From contig OX638149.1 in NCBI GenBank assembly GCA_951804945.1, positions 31,744,001 through 31,808,000 of the forward strand: a stretch of 64,000 nt of DNA. Direction: 5' to 3'. A program made the translations under genes and the position numbers. Shown here one piece after another: positions 20,821 through 33,832 of the stretch. The stretch is from Podarcis cretensis. Taxonomy: Eukaryota. How positions within the stretch are numbered: the stretch's first letter is position 1; each line of letters begins with the position of its first letter. A model generated the notes under the pieces. It ran no database searches. It was not told the origin of the DNA and was given only the letters and a program-made list of their open reading frames with translations.

Positions 20821-21740
20821 GTATGTCAGTTCCTTCATATTAGCAGGGAACCTAGAATTTGGGAGATCTGTCTCCCCCAACTTAAAAAATAAATAAATCA
20901 TAGTTCATAGAGTTCTAGAGGCTCACAGAACTGTTGTTGGCATCCGCCTGTCTCAAGAGACAATAGAGTGTGCCTCCAGGGGTGAAGTCAAACTGCTGTG
21001 TTAGTTCACTGGGTCACAAGCCTGGGCTGAGTGTAGGAAGGTCCAGTGCTGCCCAGATGAGAAGACCCCCACCCCACCCCACCCCACCCCCGGCTTTGCT
21101 GATGTATTTCAAAGGAAAGCATAGCAATACATTTAGCAAATATATTCTATTGGCAGAATACATTCTATTGGCAGAATTGGCAGAATTTCCAATACATTCT
21201 ATTGGCAGAAGTTGCCAATAGAAGGCCTTAGGGGTGTGAGTTTGAAGGAAATCTGTATAGAGAAATGGCATTTTCTAATTCTCAGAGCTATTTTTTATTT
21301 TATTGTTCTATAAAGCTCAAGACTTTGATCTGCCTCATGTTGGTGTGGCATGACTGATGGAAAGGCACTCTGTGGGCACTCAGAATCAGTACCTATTTAA
21401 GCTTCTCATAACGTAATTCAAAGTTTAGAGTGGAGTAGTTTGCTAGCAGTTGGTATTCTACCCAGGGATTCTGTTTCACATGGAGTGAGAATTAGATTTA
21501 GTCCTGGGTTCAGCTACCATCTCAGCTCTGTACTCACTTTCAGGCCTTTGGCAAATGGCAGCCTCAGTAGTTGCCTTTCTGTAGAATGGATGCGCCTTTG
21601 AGCGAACTTGGGAATAATTGAGGTGTCTTGGCTGAGGCTGCTCTTCTCGCATGAATTGAATTTCACTGGTCAAATTCTAGTACTTGCGCTGCTGAATACA
21701 CCTGGTTGCCTCTGGCATGTTTCCTGATGTCCTCTTCATA

Positions 21741-21952
21741 CAATGGTACTTCGGGTTACAGACGTTTCAGGTTACAGACTCCACTAACCCAGAAATAGTA
21801 CCTCGGGTTAAGAACGTTGCTTCAGGATGAGAACAGAAATCGTGCGGCAGCAGGAGGCCCCATTAGCTAAAGTGGTACCTCAGGTTAAGAACAGTTTCAG
21901 GTTAAGAACGGACCTCCAGAATGAATTAAGTTCTTAATCTGAGGTACCACTG
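21741..21952. mobile_element. Tc1/mariner-type MITE (CAGTGGTACCTC TIR, TA TSD)
   Basis: TA|CAATGGTACTTCGGGTT...GAGGTACCACTG|TA. Same family at 46129 and 50286. Confidence 0.85.
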
Positions 21953-23769
21953 TATTGGAAATGGGATGAATTATGCAAGTTACCATAAATGTACTTCTGT
22001 TCTAGCTGGAATATTTTGGGTGGGGAATGGAATAGAGGAAGGGAAGGAGTCATATGCATAACAAATGTAATAAGGTACAGGATGTGTAGGAACTACAGAG
22101 TAGGAAACGAAAACTGGGAAAGGACAAGACATACAATAGTCAGTGGAATCCTTTGATCCAAACCCATCCTGATTTCTGAGATAGGTCAGATGTTGTATAT
22201 TTTAAGCTTTGCTCTCACCTGTGCAGACCACAAACTCCCCGCCCCCAATGATTCTGGTACAAGTCCCTGAACTTGTGTGGCATAGTAGAGTCTGCAATCC
22301 ATAGTGCAGTTGCAGGGATGCCTATTTCTAAGCACTGCAAGCATTTCCTGGTTATGGCTTTTTGTAGAGGAGATCTATGTTATCCCTAGTGGCTGGTCTC
22401 AGCTGCTCAGCCAAGCTGTGTTGGCATCTGTACAGCATAGGCAGCTTCCTGCATTCCTCGATGACCCAAAAAGAAGAGAGCCCTATGGAAGAAGTGGTAG
22501 TGTTTTTCTGGCAATATACTTGGCAGCATCAAGATTTTAAAGGAAGCTGATGTTATGTCATAACCTCAGACTAAAATGACAGAAAACCAGTGCCGGACAG
22601 ATGGTGCTATGGTCTCAAGGGAGACATTTCCTAGAGCATGTGGAAAGGGCAAGACTTTATAATGGAGAGAGGGCATCGTGAGAGTTTCCCCAATGCAGCT
22701 CAATAAAACACTATTACTTAGGTTGTGAGCCCTATGGGGATAGACATGACCTAGATGAAGCTGCCATAAGCTGATCTGAGCCTACAGGGCAGGCAAGGTT
22801 TAAATATAATTAAGGAAAGACACACACAGTGCGAGAGAGAGGATCTGAAGGGAAGTTCTGGCTCCTGTTCCCAAAGGAAGAGAACCCTTCACTGGTCAAA
22901 TTCTAGTAATATGCAGGTGTGCCAGCGGCACAGTGAAGCTGTGAAAAAATGGTCAAAGGTGTCCATTATGGAGAAGCCAGTAGAGGGGATTCCACAACCT
23001 TGTCATTTCAAACCTTAAAGGAATGATTTATGAGGGTTTAGGGAGAAGCTGAGGACTAGAACGTGTGCCATCCTTGTTAGCGTTAGGCAGGCTTCTGTAG
23101 GCTGAGGGAAATTGTTCTTCTTTTCCAGTAAGGCAGACTCCTCAGTATTTAAGAGAGGCATTTTTAGTAGGGATAAAAGCAGATTGTGACTCTTCCCCCA
23201 CTAAATCACCAACACCCCTCTTGCATGAAAAGCAGCATCCTTTGGGGAGAAGCACTGCTCTAAGGTTAGATGTTTAAAAGAGTGGTTCAGATCCAAGACT
23301 AAGGAGGAGGCGGAAGAATCTGTCAGAGTCTCCCAGGGCTCTCATCTGGCACTCCCTCTCTCTCTCTCTCTGGCAATATATGAGATGGAGCAGAGAGAGA
23401 CCTCACTGGATTGGTAGAGGATTCAAAAAGCTGGGAGAGAATGTAGATATCCGAGAGGGACTGGATTAAATCCAGCATGATCTGGAGATGCTGGCCAAAG
23501 CAAGTTGATTTTTTTCAGCTGTTTTTCTTGAAATTCAAACAGGGCCATAGGATGGTTACACCCAGGGATTTTTGTTTTTAAAAGAGCAGGCTTTGCTTAT
23601 TTGAATGCAGAGTCGCGGTCTGAGTGCTACAGGGCTGCACTCGTGTTTCTGACTTCAGGCTGGGCTTTACTCAGCTGCTGTAAATTAATAACCATATTGC
23701 CTAACAAGCTGTTAAATATGTTAGCGGTGGAGCTGGGTGTGGTAAAGCTACACAGTTTAAGATCACTGA

Positions 23770-24009
<240 letters not shown>

Positions 24010-24780
24010 AAGGGACCCAGTGCCAACCATAGCCGAGAAATTGCAGCCATCCGTTCTCTGCTCCCAGGTCAAAACGAAAGAAGTACTTGAAGGAAGGTAC
24101 TGTAATCTGGCTTTTCTTACACTGCAGTCAAGGACAATCTACCCACTTCGAAGAACTTTAATTAAAAAAAACCACCCACCTCTCTGCCTTCATGCCTCTC
24201 TTTTTCTTTGGGAGTTACTTTTGCAATATGGAGGCTGGGGAAGAAGACACACGTACCGGCTAAACATTTAGTGGACAGACAGAAAGAAGCAAATGAGGAA
24301 AAATTCACGGAAGGAGGAGACGATTAGCAGAGCTGTGGACATTTGGCAGGAACAATGGGACTTCTTATCCCACTGTTGACTTCTCTGCGAGCCCAGCCTT
24401 TTCTACAGAATAACGAAGATTTCCTTATGAAGGAACGTAATATTTTCTTAGAACCAGAACATAATGGACATAATTATTCTGCCTACAAATGGGTGCAGGA
24501 GTCAGTGGTCCCAACTCCTCAGAACGACCACTTTAGAGAAGACCTTTTGACTATGGTGAATTCTCACACAGTTTCTCTCCTCCTGGAGTCCCTGCTCAAT
24601 TACCTCTGGGTAAGAGTGGGCAGCAAATGCAGGATTCTCTAAATCTCTAAAGGATCCTGCACTTGCTGTGGTGGCTAAGGTATTGTAAGGAAATCTGCAC
24701 ATCTCTTGCACAAGGACCTGGCCCAGGCCACACCTGCCAAGGTTTTATTAAGAAGTATTAACCTCAACTATTGTAAAAAA

Positions 24781-24790
24781 AATAAATAAA
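24781..24790 (+). terminator. TGFB3: TGFB3 polyadenylation signal (overlapping AATAAATAAA); a second AATAAA lies at 25296-25301
   Basis: First AATAAA downstream of the stop (about 770 nt), followed by T/GT-rich sequence. Confidence 0.65.
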
Positions 24791-27044
24791 TATTTTTTGG
24801 AATTGGGAACTTTCTGTTCAAACAAGTTGCTTGGTCAGAGGAGGGGAATGGGTAGATGCACCAGAACTGCCAAAATTGGCTCCTTTCTGAAAGCCTGCTG
24901 TTCTTGATAGATCTGTGGTCTGAGGGATTGGATAGCAGATAGAAGAACTTGAGCTTGTTTTCTGCTGAGAATGAAGTCGCTTAGCTTACCATGAACATTT
25001 GGTTGATTTTGGTTCTTAGTGAACTAGTCAGATCACTTTACCATGAACATGATAATGACGCTGTTTACTTCAACCGCATTTTGTTCTCCTGTGAAGCTGC
25101 ATTATACCAAAGCTATTCTTCATTATCCGATTATGTTTGGGGCTGCCGACTCTGGCTGGTAGCAGCTCTCCAAGGTCTCTGGCAGGGGTCTCTTGCAGCT
25201 GTGCTATCCCACATCGTTTTAAGTGGAGAGATCAGGAATTCAACCTGGGACTGGTTCCATGTGCTCTACCATTGACCTCTTTCAGGAATGAGGCCAATAA
25301 AAAGGGGCCCAACTCTGCTCTTGTTGCAGTGCCTATTGGTCCTTTGCCCTTCTACTTATGTTTCATTTTCACATACTTAAGTGAGGGGCTGTGACTGATC
25401 TACAGTAATCCAGTTCTCCTTGCTTGCATTTCCTCCTTTTCCACCATAAGCCCCACTCCATCGCCCTGACTCTGCTGCTTATGCTCACTCCTCTGCTTTT
25501 TTCATGTGTGGTCTCCCATCTACATCAGCTTAGTACCAAGCTCGCCTGCCAATGAGATTAACCTTCTGTCCTTCACTGTGGTCCTGTGCCAGACTAGGGT
25601 TCCCACACCTGTAACCTGGACTGGAAAAAGCTTTCCCCAATATTAATAGCTGGTGCAGACAGGCAAGAGTTGGGAGCATGGAGGTGAGCAAAAGTGCCAA
25701 GGCCCTGATAAGGATAGGGGTGGGTGGGTGTGCCTCCAAGTTGCTTGTTGTTTTTTAAGCCCGTCATGCAATTGCTGCTAGTCAATTTCATTTGACCCGT
25801 AGCCAGATAAATACTGGCGATAAAAATCCATGTGGACTCCCCCCCCCCCATGATTTTTCATAGGTAGTCTTCAAGAGCAGGGGGAGCACATTTGGCCCTT
25901 ACTCTGGCAGCAGTTTGAGCTCACCCAGGTTGAGATGCACTTTTTCTAAAACTTGGACAGTGATCTGTGCCATCGCTTCTGCGGCCCTTTCAATTAAACC
26001 CCAACCAAGCTCCTGTAGCCCAAGTCTATAGCTGTTTGTTCTCTACCATACTTGCTTTAATTCATAATTTCAAGCATTATTTTTTTTAAAAAAAGGGATG
26101 TGAAAAACTCTAGTTAGAGCAGCTGGGCTGCTGTCAATCCATCATACAGGCTTTCTTTGGCTGAGTGCCTGCAACAGGGAAATTCATGCTTGGATAAGAG
26201 GATACTTACCCACTCATTGCCTGACTTTTGGCATTTTGATTTCTCTTTAGGTCTCGTTGACCTGTTATCATGCTCAGATGAAGCAAGCAGCTCTCGTTTT
26301 GTTCTTTGTTGCACGTTTTAATTCTAAAGGGCAAGCAAGATTTCTTCATCCCTCTAATAATGGAATACCCTTTTGGAATGGGAGAACTAATGCTGTACCT
26401 ATGAGGACACACCACTGACTTGTGTGCCAGCATTTTAATCGTATTATTTTTCCAGTCCCCCCCCCCACTTTTTATTCTGATCCTGCTTTGAAAAACAAAT
26501 GCAGTTGAATAGCAAGATGTTATCCTTCTGGGCAGAAACTAATTGAAAACACATTAGCAGCCCAGCACAATTTCCCCCACCAGCATAGATTAGTCGATAC
26601 ACATTTTAGGTTTCACATGCTGATGTTGCATTTTTATTGCATGGTTCGTGGCTAGAGACTTGCCCATTCCCATTATCCTCAGTCTCTTTCTCTATCAGCA
26701 AATTCTGGAGTCACTCTGTTCAGCCTTTTCCCAGGACCATCAACCCTAGTCTGGAACCTCCTAGCATAATGAAGAACTAAACCTTTCCCTGCCCCATTCA
26801 GTATCATAAGCAATGAGTTGTACCATCAAGGGATAAACAATTTGGGATGTGATTTATTGATTCCAGAAGTCTTGTTTTTCCAGTGCTGATGCATTGTAGC
26901 TTTCTGAAGGTTGGTGACACCAGAAAATTCTCCCTCTGCTTCTGGGCAAACTCAAAGGACACAATCTCAGCCATGTCTCCATGACTGTTTGAACCTGTCA
27001 CTACATGAACTTGAAGAAGGCAACTGCTTGTTGCCCATGATGGA

Positions 27045-27175
27045 CAGCACAGCTCAATTGGCAGAGCATGAGATGTGTTTGAGCCCCACATTGGGCAAAA
27101 GATTCCTCAATTGCAGGGGGTTGGGCTAGACAACCCTTGTAGTTCCTTCCAACTATACAATTCTATGATTCTAAT
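27045..27175 (+). mobile_element. tRNA-derived SINE with CR1-like tail, internally deleted; a tail-only copy lies at about 34372-34441
   Basis: agctcaattggcagagcatgag...gagccccacattgggc followed by ccttccaactatacaattctatgattcta. Confidence 0.7.
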
Positions 27176-28735
27176 GGCACACATGGCTGCCTGATGTCAA
27201 CCGGAGACGTTTTCTTTTCTTTTAGGCAAGGGTAAGTTCAGACAATGACTAGGATAAGCCTTTTTCTGCATGTTTGGTGTTTGATCCCTTACACTTAAAT
27301 CTATTGGTCTGTCAGACCTTGTAGGGTTGCTTGGTGTGTTTTTTGAACATCTTTCTTTGCTGAACCAGCGTTTTGTCCTTGGGTCTCTACCAGGACAAAT
27401 TCCCACGGATCTGCATAAAGGATTGAGCTGGAGATTGGGGTGCTTACTAACCTGGTCTGCAAATCTGTATCCAAGCCTCAGCTTTGTAGCCAGTTCCTAT
27501 GTCTGGCCATAATACACTGATCACCACTGCCTGAGATGTCAGATAGGCTGTGACCAGGGAGAAATCGGTTCATAAGAAAATGGTTTGAAGGCCATCTTCT
27601 ACATCCTTGAGAATGTTTGGCTCTGCTATGGTGATCTTGTCTGCCCAAAGGTAAGTAGCACAGAGGACACGAGCTGATGACTAATGTTCACAGTGCAGAA
27701 GGTGTCTACTATGGTCACATGCATCATGGCTGCTGCTGCTGCTAAGGATAGTACTGTAAGCAGCATGTCTTCCAAAGGGGCTCTTCACCATGACCAGTTT
27801 TAGCACTTAAAACAGCTTGTTAACCATGTGACAAACCACTTAGGAAACATCTGCAATTTAGTCCACAACTTCAGCTAACTCTCCAACTTTATGTGGGGTG
27901 GAGACAATATGAATGTCATAAGGAGAAAACTTGAGTGATGCTGCCCTTTTCTCCCCAGACATTCATGACAGTATTAAAATATTCACCAAGAGTCAGCCCA
28001 AGTACGTGTTTCCCCACTATCTGTCCAGGTACGATGTAGTTCTAGCATGTAGGAAGCAGTTCCCTGGGATGGCAAGATTCCTACACAGTGTGGACTGTTT
28101 TGCTAGGTGGGGACAGCAAACTGTGATTTTCTCAAGTCAACATCAGGAGAAAAAAAGACAATATCACAATTAGAAAGAAACCTCAATACTGAACAGTGTC
28201 AAAACTAGTCTGTGAGCCTATGTAAACTCCCCTGAGAGCAAGCCCCGCTGAACACAGTGACCCTGAGAAGACAGGCATAGGATTTTGCTGTTAAGCTTGC
28301 AGGTAGTAAGGGCAGTGTAATGAACAGAAGGGCCAGTTTGGGCAGAAATGAACAGGGACAAACTCCTGTTCTGTGACTGAGTAAGATGTTTGTTTGGTTT
28401 ACAAGACTCTCTCCAAGTCCAGCTTACCTCACAGGACAAATGTAAAACACTTAGAATGCTGAATGGTGTGGAAATGATAAATAATGTACTGTTTCCATGC
28501 TCACGCAGCTGATCTGAAGTGACAGAACCCTATTAGTGGGATCAGTCTGGGTTCTGGAAACACAACTTCAGCACGGAAACATAAGAAATGTAAAGAAATG
28601 CAAGGGAAAATCAACGTAATGCATGAATAATAATAAAGCCTCCCACTGGAGTAAAATTAAATGTCAACTAATTGGAAGGACTTTTACCCAGCATAATAAA
28701 TGTAAATTTTAAGCTAAACAAACAAAATGAATGAC

Positions 28736-28741
28736 TTTATT
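28736..28741 (-). terminator. TTLL5: TTLL5 polyadenylation signal AATAAA
   Basis: tttatt on the plus strand, followed on the minus strand by T/GT-rich sequence (TTCATTTTGTTTGTTT). Confidence 0.6.
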
Positions 28742-29277
28742 CATACTGAGCATTTCTATGGCTTTCTGTCAAAATTCAAGATAGCAGCCAGCAGAAGTGT
28801 CCATAGTCAAGTCAGCATTTCAGCTTGTCGTGCCACTGGTGGTGAAAGCTGCCCAGTACCTGATAGAGAACCTTGATTGTTCTCAAAGTGAGTCAAAATG
28901 ACTGAGTGGATGGAGAAACCTGGGCCTCAGGATACATAATACAGACACCATTAAGAGCTCCTGTCCTATGTGAGTCATAAGCTTGACTAGTTGATGGAAG
29001 ATGTGATATAGAATGCAAAGGAAGGCCTGAGGCTTAAGCAGCAGAAGCTCAGCGGAACTAGAAAGCCTCAAGTCAGGGCTCCAACAGCTCTTCCAGAAAC
29101 ACTCTGCTGCTCTGCTCTCCTTTCAGTGGGGAAAATTCTGGAGTGTGCGACCAGGTCTTGCTGTCAATCTGGGTGTTGCCAGGAGTGTGGAATGATGAGC
29201 ACTCATCCCTGCTTCATCTCTTCCTTGCATGCTGACGCACTGGATTGTTTGTCCGCCCGTTATTGAGGATTAATCCT

Positions 29278-29306
29278 TCACTTCAGAAAGTAAGTGCAAC
29301 CGGGAG
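29278..29306 (-). CDS. TTLL5: TTLL5 last exon, coding part when the cassette is skipped ((A)PGCTYFLK*); 3'UTR runs to about 28715
   Basis: Strong acceptor ctttcctttgtctccctttcag. Phase 1 fits. Loosely like the recalled human ending DPAHTKI*. Minus-strand AATAAA about 540 nt downstream. Confidence 0.7.
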
Positions 29307-30559
29307 CTGAAAGGGAGACAAAGGAAAGCTCGTTAATGGTTCCAGAGATATGTGCATGAGCCACAGGATACAGGAGTCTTCCTTGACACAAGTTACGAAA
29401 CCAGACAGGATAATTCCAGATAGTGTTAGCTGCAGGCAGAGGAAATGCTGCTGTGGTGGTTCTGATCCCTGCTGTGCAGAATGAAGAATAGACTCCGCTA
29501 TTCTAGAAGAGTCTATATGATTGGCAGGGATGAGCAATCACATGACTGCCTTCTCACAGTAAGTGCAAGATTGCTCTAGGGAAACAGGTACCTGCTATTT
29601 CCTGGGAGACTGAAGCTGCCACCTTCTGCATGCAAAGGAGATGCTCTATGCCACTGAGCTATGGCCTCTCATAACTTGCGCTACACATGTAGCAAGTATT
29701 ACTAAAATCACTTGATTGCTCTGTGTAATCTACCTTGAGTAGCACTAAGAATATTAGCAGCATTTTACAAAGACGAATCTGTCTCCTTAAGTGTCAAGCA
29801 TCACACAAACCCATGGAATTTGGAATGATATCTGGGCCAGAATTGAAGTCTTTGTGAGCAATGCCTGATCCAACAGAACAAACATATTAGCTATTAAATA
29901 TTAAAAGCTGGGTCACTGAACAGAAACTTTTGGTACAGTACCAAGTTAAGTGAATTCCCATGCTATCAACTCCACCTCTGTGTATGGCAAGCATTTATAC
30001 TTTAACTTAAGGAATACTGCAAATGCCAGCACTCACAGAAAAATTATTGGCCTTGTAACAGTAGCATTAGAGTTAGGATAAAGCTTCTATTTCAACCCCA
30101 CATTGCTTTAATACTAGTATGCAAAAACATGTATATCTGTGACTAAAGTCTGCTATGGAAATAATTATTTTGTGACCATATTTTTTTCACTTTCTTTTTT
30201 TGCTTGAGTTAAACCCTGCTATATTGTAATAACTGTTTGAGCTAATGAATGAGTCTTTGCCTTTCCCCCGTCCTACTCAGTTCATAGGCTTTGAGGATTC
30301 TGGACATCCCAAGGCCACTTCACACATTACAAGTTTAGTTTGCAAGCTCCCAGCACACACACACCCATACCCACACACATTAAAATGCATCTTAATACAC
30401 ACAGATACTTAATCATTTCCAGATGCTCTATGCCTGATTCATGAGTAGCCAAAGATGTAACTTTTTGTTGGTTTGCCCTACATTGATATTTTGATCACAG
30501 GAGTGACCTTTTGGGAATATTGCCATGCATGAAAAATGTTTTGTGCATAACAGAACCAC

Positions 30560-30835
30560 TATCTGAGCTTGATTAAGAAGGCTGATTTCAAACAGCTTAA
30601 GAAACCACTGGATGTGATCCTAAGGTCAGAAATACTCAAAGAGAAGGGAGTCCAAGATGGATGGGAATTTCTTAAATGTGAAATATTGAAGGCCCAAATG
30701 CAGACAATTCTAACAAGAAAGAAAAGTGGGAGGCCTCTAAAGAAACCGCTGTGGCTGCTTAAGGAGGTTACAGATGAGCTAAGGTTTAAGAAGGGCATGT
30801 ATTTAAAAAAATTGAAGAAAGGGGAAATCATACAA
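30560..30835 (+). mobile_element. CR1 LINE ORF2 fragment
   Basis: KKADFKQL...EILKEKGVQDGWEFLKCEILKAQMQTI.TRKKSGR.LKKPLWL is the typical CR1 region between endonuclease and RT. Confidence 0.85.
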
Positions 30836-31829
30836 TTTATTAAACATAAATGGCAATGATTTCTATCCAATGCTAGGGGATTCTTGGGCAAGGGGATTCT
30901 TGGCCCTCTTCGCCATGTTATCGTCTCTTGCACCCCTTTCAAGGGTCTCCTCTGAGGGTCAGGGAACCCTCTGTGAAGGCTTGGAGGTTGTTGGAGGAGA
31001 GGCAAATAGCCCCAATCAAATAGTAAGTAATTTTTAAGAGCAAAAGCTTTTCAGAAGGTTCAGGGGAATGTACAAGGAAGGAGTGGGTCTAGAATTCCCT
31101 TGCTCAGTATCACATATATAAGATCAAGATGAATTGTCACCCATGCAATAAACAAACACATCATCAAGAGAGATATGCAAATCTTCTCTCTCAAATGTGC
31201 CAGCTTATCATGGGATATGTTTTGTTGAAAAAATGGAGTGAATCATTAAAAACAAAGAACCTTATCTGCAGGCTGAAATGGTATAGTCCAAGATTATTCC
31301 ATCTCAAATCACTCATCCTACTCTGCTCTCTACTCAGGGAGCTGGTTTGACACACTACTTTTTCTCTCATTCCAGAGTTCCAAAAGTGTTTTCTACAGCA
31401 GAGAAATACTCTGTAGACTTGGATTATTTGGACTCTTTGTAGCATAAAACCAGCAGATAACAGGAAACATCTTCTTCCTCTTGTGAAACAAAGACAAAGT
31501 GGCTGACCCAAAGTACGAGGGACAGGTCATTCTCATCAGCTGAGGATTAAAAGTATCTATTCGTTACTCATTAGAAGCAAGCACCAACCCTCAGATTTAG
31601 TGGGGAAGGTGGCTACAGTGTTTGACATTATTCACCAGATGCTCTCTTGAGAAAGCAGCTTTCAACTTTGCCGGGATTCAATCAACTTCAACTGAAAATA
31701 TGATCATTGAATAAACAGTTGCAATTGCGAATGACAGTTGGTTTTAGAACTGTAACTGCTTACTAAGGAAACCTGATGGAATTACACGTTACATACAGTT
31801 CCACAGTTCATTTTTCACTGGGGTATTTG

Positions 31830-31833
<4 letters not shown>

Positions 31834-31874
<41 letters not shown>
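31834..31874. repeat. (CT)n microsatellite, about 20 units
   Basis: Read directly. Confidence 0.95.
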
Positions 31875-31879
<5 letters not shown>

Positions 31880-33271
31880 TATGAAGTTGCTGAGGCTGCA
31901 ATCTGAAGTGGAAAACTGGCAAAGGGCAGAGGGGCTTCTTAACCTTTTCACCTTCATGCTATTATTCCACTGAAACTCATCCTCCAGTTATTTTCCCCAC
32001 AATTGGAAAGAAAAGTTGATGCACAAAAACTTGTTACAGAGCCAGTTCTGCAGCCTCCCACCTGAAATGTCATTGGAAGGGAGGTTTCAAACTCAAGACA
32101 ACTTATGCTGTCAGTTATCGTAAGCAAGAGAGGCAGGAAGGTGAAAATGAGGAATGGAATTAAAAGGGATTACTATTGTGCAGGAAGGAATGCATCACTG
32201 CACAGAAATTGGAGGGATTCCTGTTTCCAGCTGCTCCTGCTGAAGGATTTAAAGATATAGCTGACAATGAGGAGCTTTCTGAAACTAAGAGCCAAGTCTC
32301 TCAGAGGCGAGAGTTTTCAACACAAAAAATGCATACTTAAGAGTGGCGATGTACAGAACTCTTCTGACTTTATAGAAGCCCTGGGAGCCTAAACCTACAA
32401 TATAGATGATGGAAAACCTGGATATAGTCAGGATTATAGATGCTGCCAAAATTCACTAGGCTCCACCCTGAAAATGAACTTCAGGGGCTCAGTAACATTT
32501 GCCTAAAAAGAATCAAAAGCACTCCATATTTTTCTCAAACTCAGATTAAAATCCGATTGGGAGAAGACTTCTCAGGTGATGCCTTGGAAAGCAGTCCCTG
32601 CTCACATAGAGAAGATTCTCTCCATTGCCTTCTAGGAAACTTCTTTATGAGGCTGCCCACCCTGCATAGGGGATCTTACTGTCCCAAGTGCCTCCCAGGG
32701 AGATGAGTTTTTGCCTCCCAATAGTACTTTGGGGACAGACTTGGAAGGCAAAACAAGTGCTACAATTAAAATTTCCATTCATTTGAAGGGGGCTGCATTC
32801 TACAGAGTAGCACGTGCGCAGAAAATGGATTTAAAAGAAAGCAAAGCAGAGAAGAAACTAGTGAAGGTAACTGAACATTGCTGAAAGCCCTGCCTTAATC
32901 AATAAAGATATAATAGGCACAATTGTAGAATTCAAGGTATTGGCAAATTCTGAGTTATGGTTGAAAATGTGACTGTAACACAAGGGCAAAAACTTGAAAA
33001 AATAATAAGCATTCATGTACGTAAGCGGCAAAAATATGAGGGTCCAGCTGCTTAGCTCAAACAGTGAGAGCATATAGAATCCATTATTTATTTCTTAGAA
33101 TATGCTGGCAAGTGACATATTACTATGAACAGACTTGCTACAGGTCTTTATTGTGTCTAGTCTTTTCCCTTTCACAAAAAGTCCCACCCTCACATGTTCT
33201 CGGGGGGATATGCCCCTTTTACTCTACTCAATTATGGAAGGAAAGGAGGCGCAGATGAATCTTCTGTTACC

Positions 33272-33396
33272 TTAAGCTGGCCCTCCCTCCACTGGCCTTT
33301 TCTTTCTCTGCCCTACAAGTGAATCAGTGGCTCTGGATCGGCTGGACAAAGGTCTAGTTCTGGCGAAAATAATGTGGGGGGAAGCTTCCAAAAGAC
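33272..33396 (-). CDS. TTLL5: TTLL5 stop-containing cassette exon (exon 33271-33396)
   Basis: Acceptor ttttccccccattttccag. Encodes (G)LLEASPHIIFARTRPLSSRSRATDSLVGQRKKRPVEGGPA*, compared with the recalled mouse C-terminus GSLEAPQVIFARSKPLPTQSGALATVIGQRKSKSVKSGTI*. TAA is followed by G|GTAAC donor. Confidence 0.85.
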
Positions 33397-33478
33397 CTGG
33401 AAAATGGGGGGAAAATGGCTTAGCGTGGAGCAGGTTCCTCTGCTTCTTTGTACTAAAACCTCTTTTCCACTTGGCTTA

Positions 33479-33832
33479 AAAGGTAAAGGTAAAGGAACCC
33501 CTGATTAGGTCCAGTCGTGACCGACTCTGGGGTTGTGGCGCTCATCTCGCTTTATTGGCCGACGGAGCCAGCGTACAGCTTCCGGGTCATGTAGCCAGCA
33601 TGACTATGCCGCTTCTGGCGAACCAGAGCAGCGCACGGAAACGCCGTTTACCTTCCCGCTGGAGCGGTACCTATTTATCTACTTGTACTCTGACGTGCTT
33701 TCGAACTGCTAGGTTGGCAGGAGCAGGGACTGAACAACGGGAGCTCACCCCGTTGCGGGGATTAGAACCGCTGACCTTCTGATCAGCAAGCCCTAGGCTC
33801 AGTGGTGTAACCCACAGTGCCACCCGCGTCCC
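33479..33832 (-). mobile_element. Full-length Sauria SINE with 13-bp TSD
   Basis: Head GGGACGCGGGTGGCACTGTGGG, Bov-B-like tail and (ACCTTT)n. TSD TCCACTTGGCTTA at 33466-33478 and 33833-33845. Confidence 0.92.
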
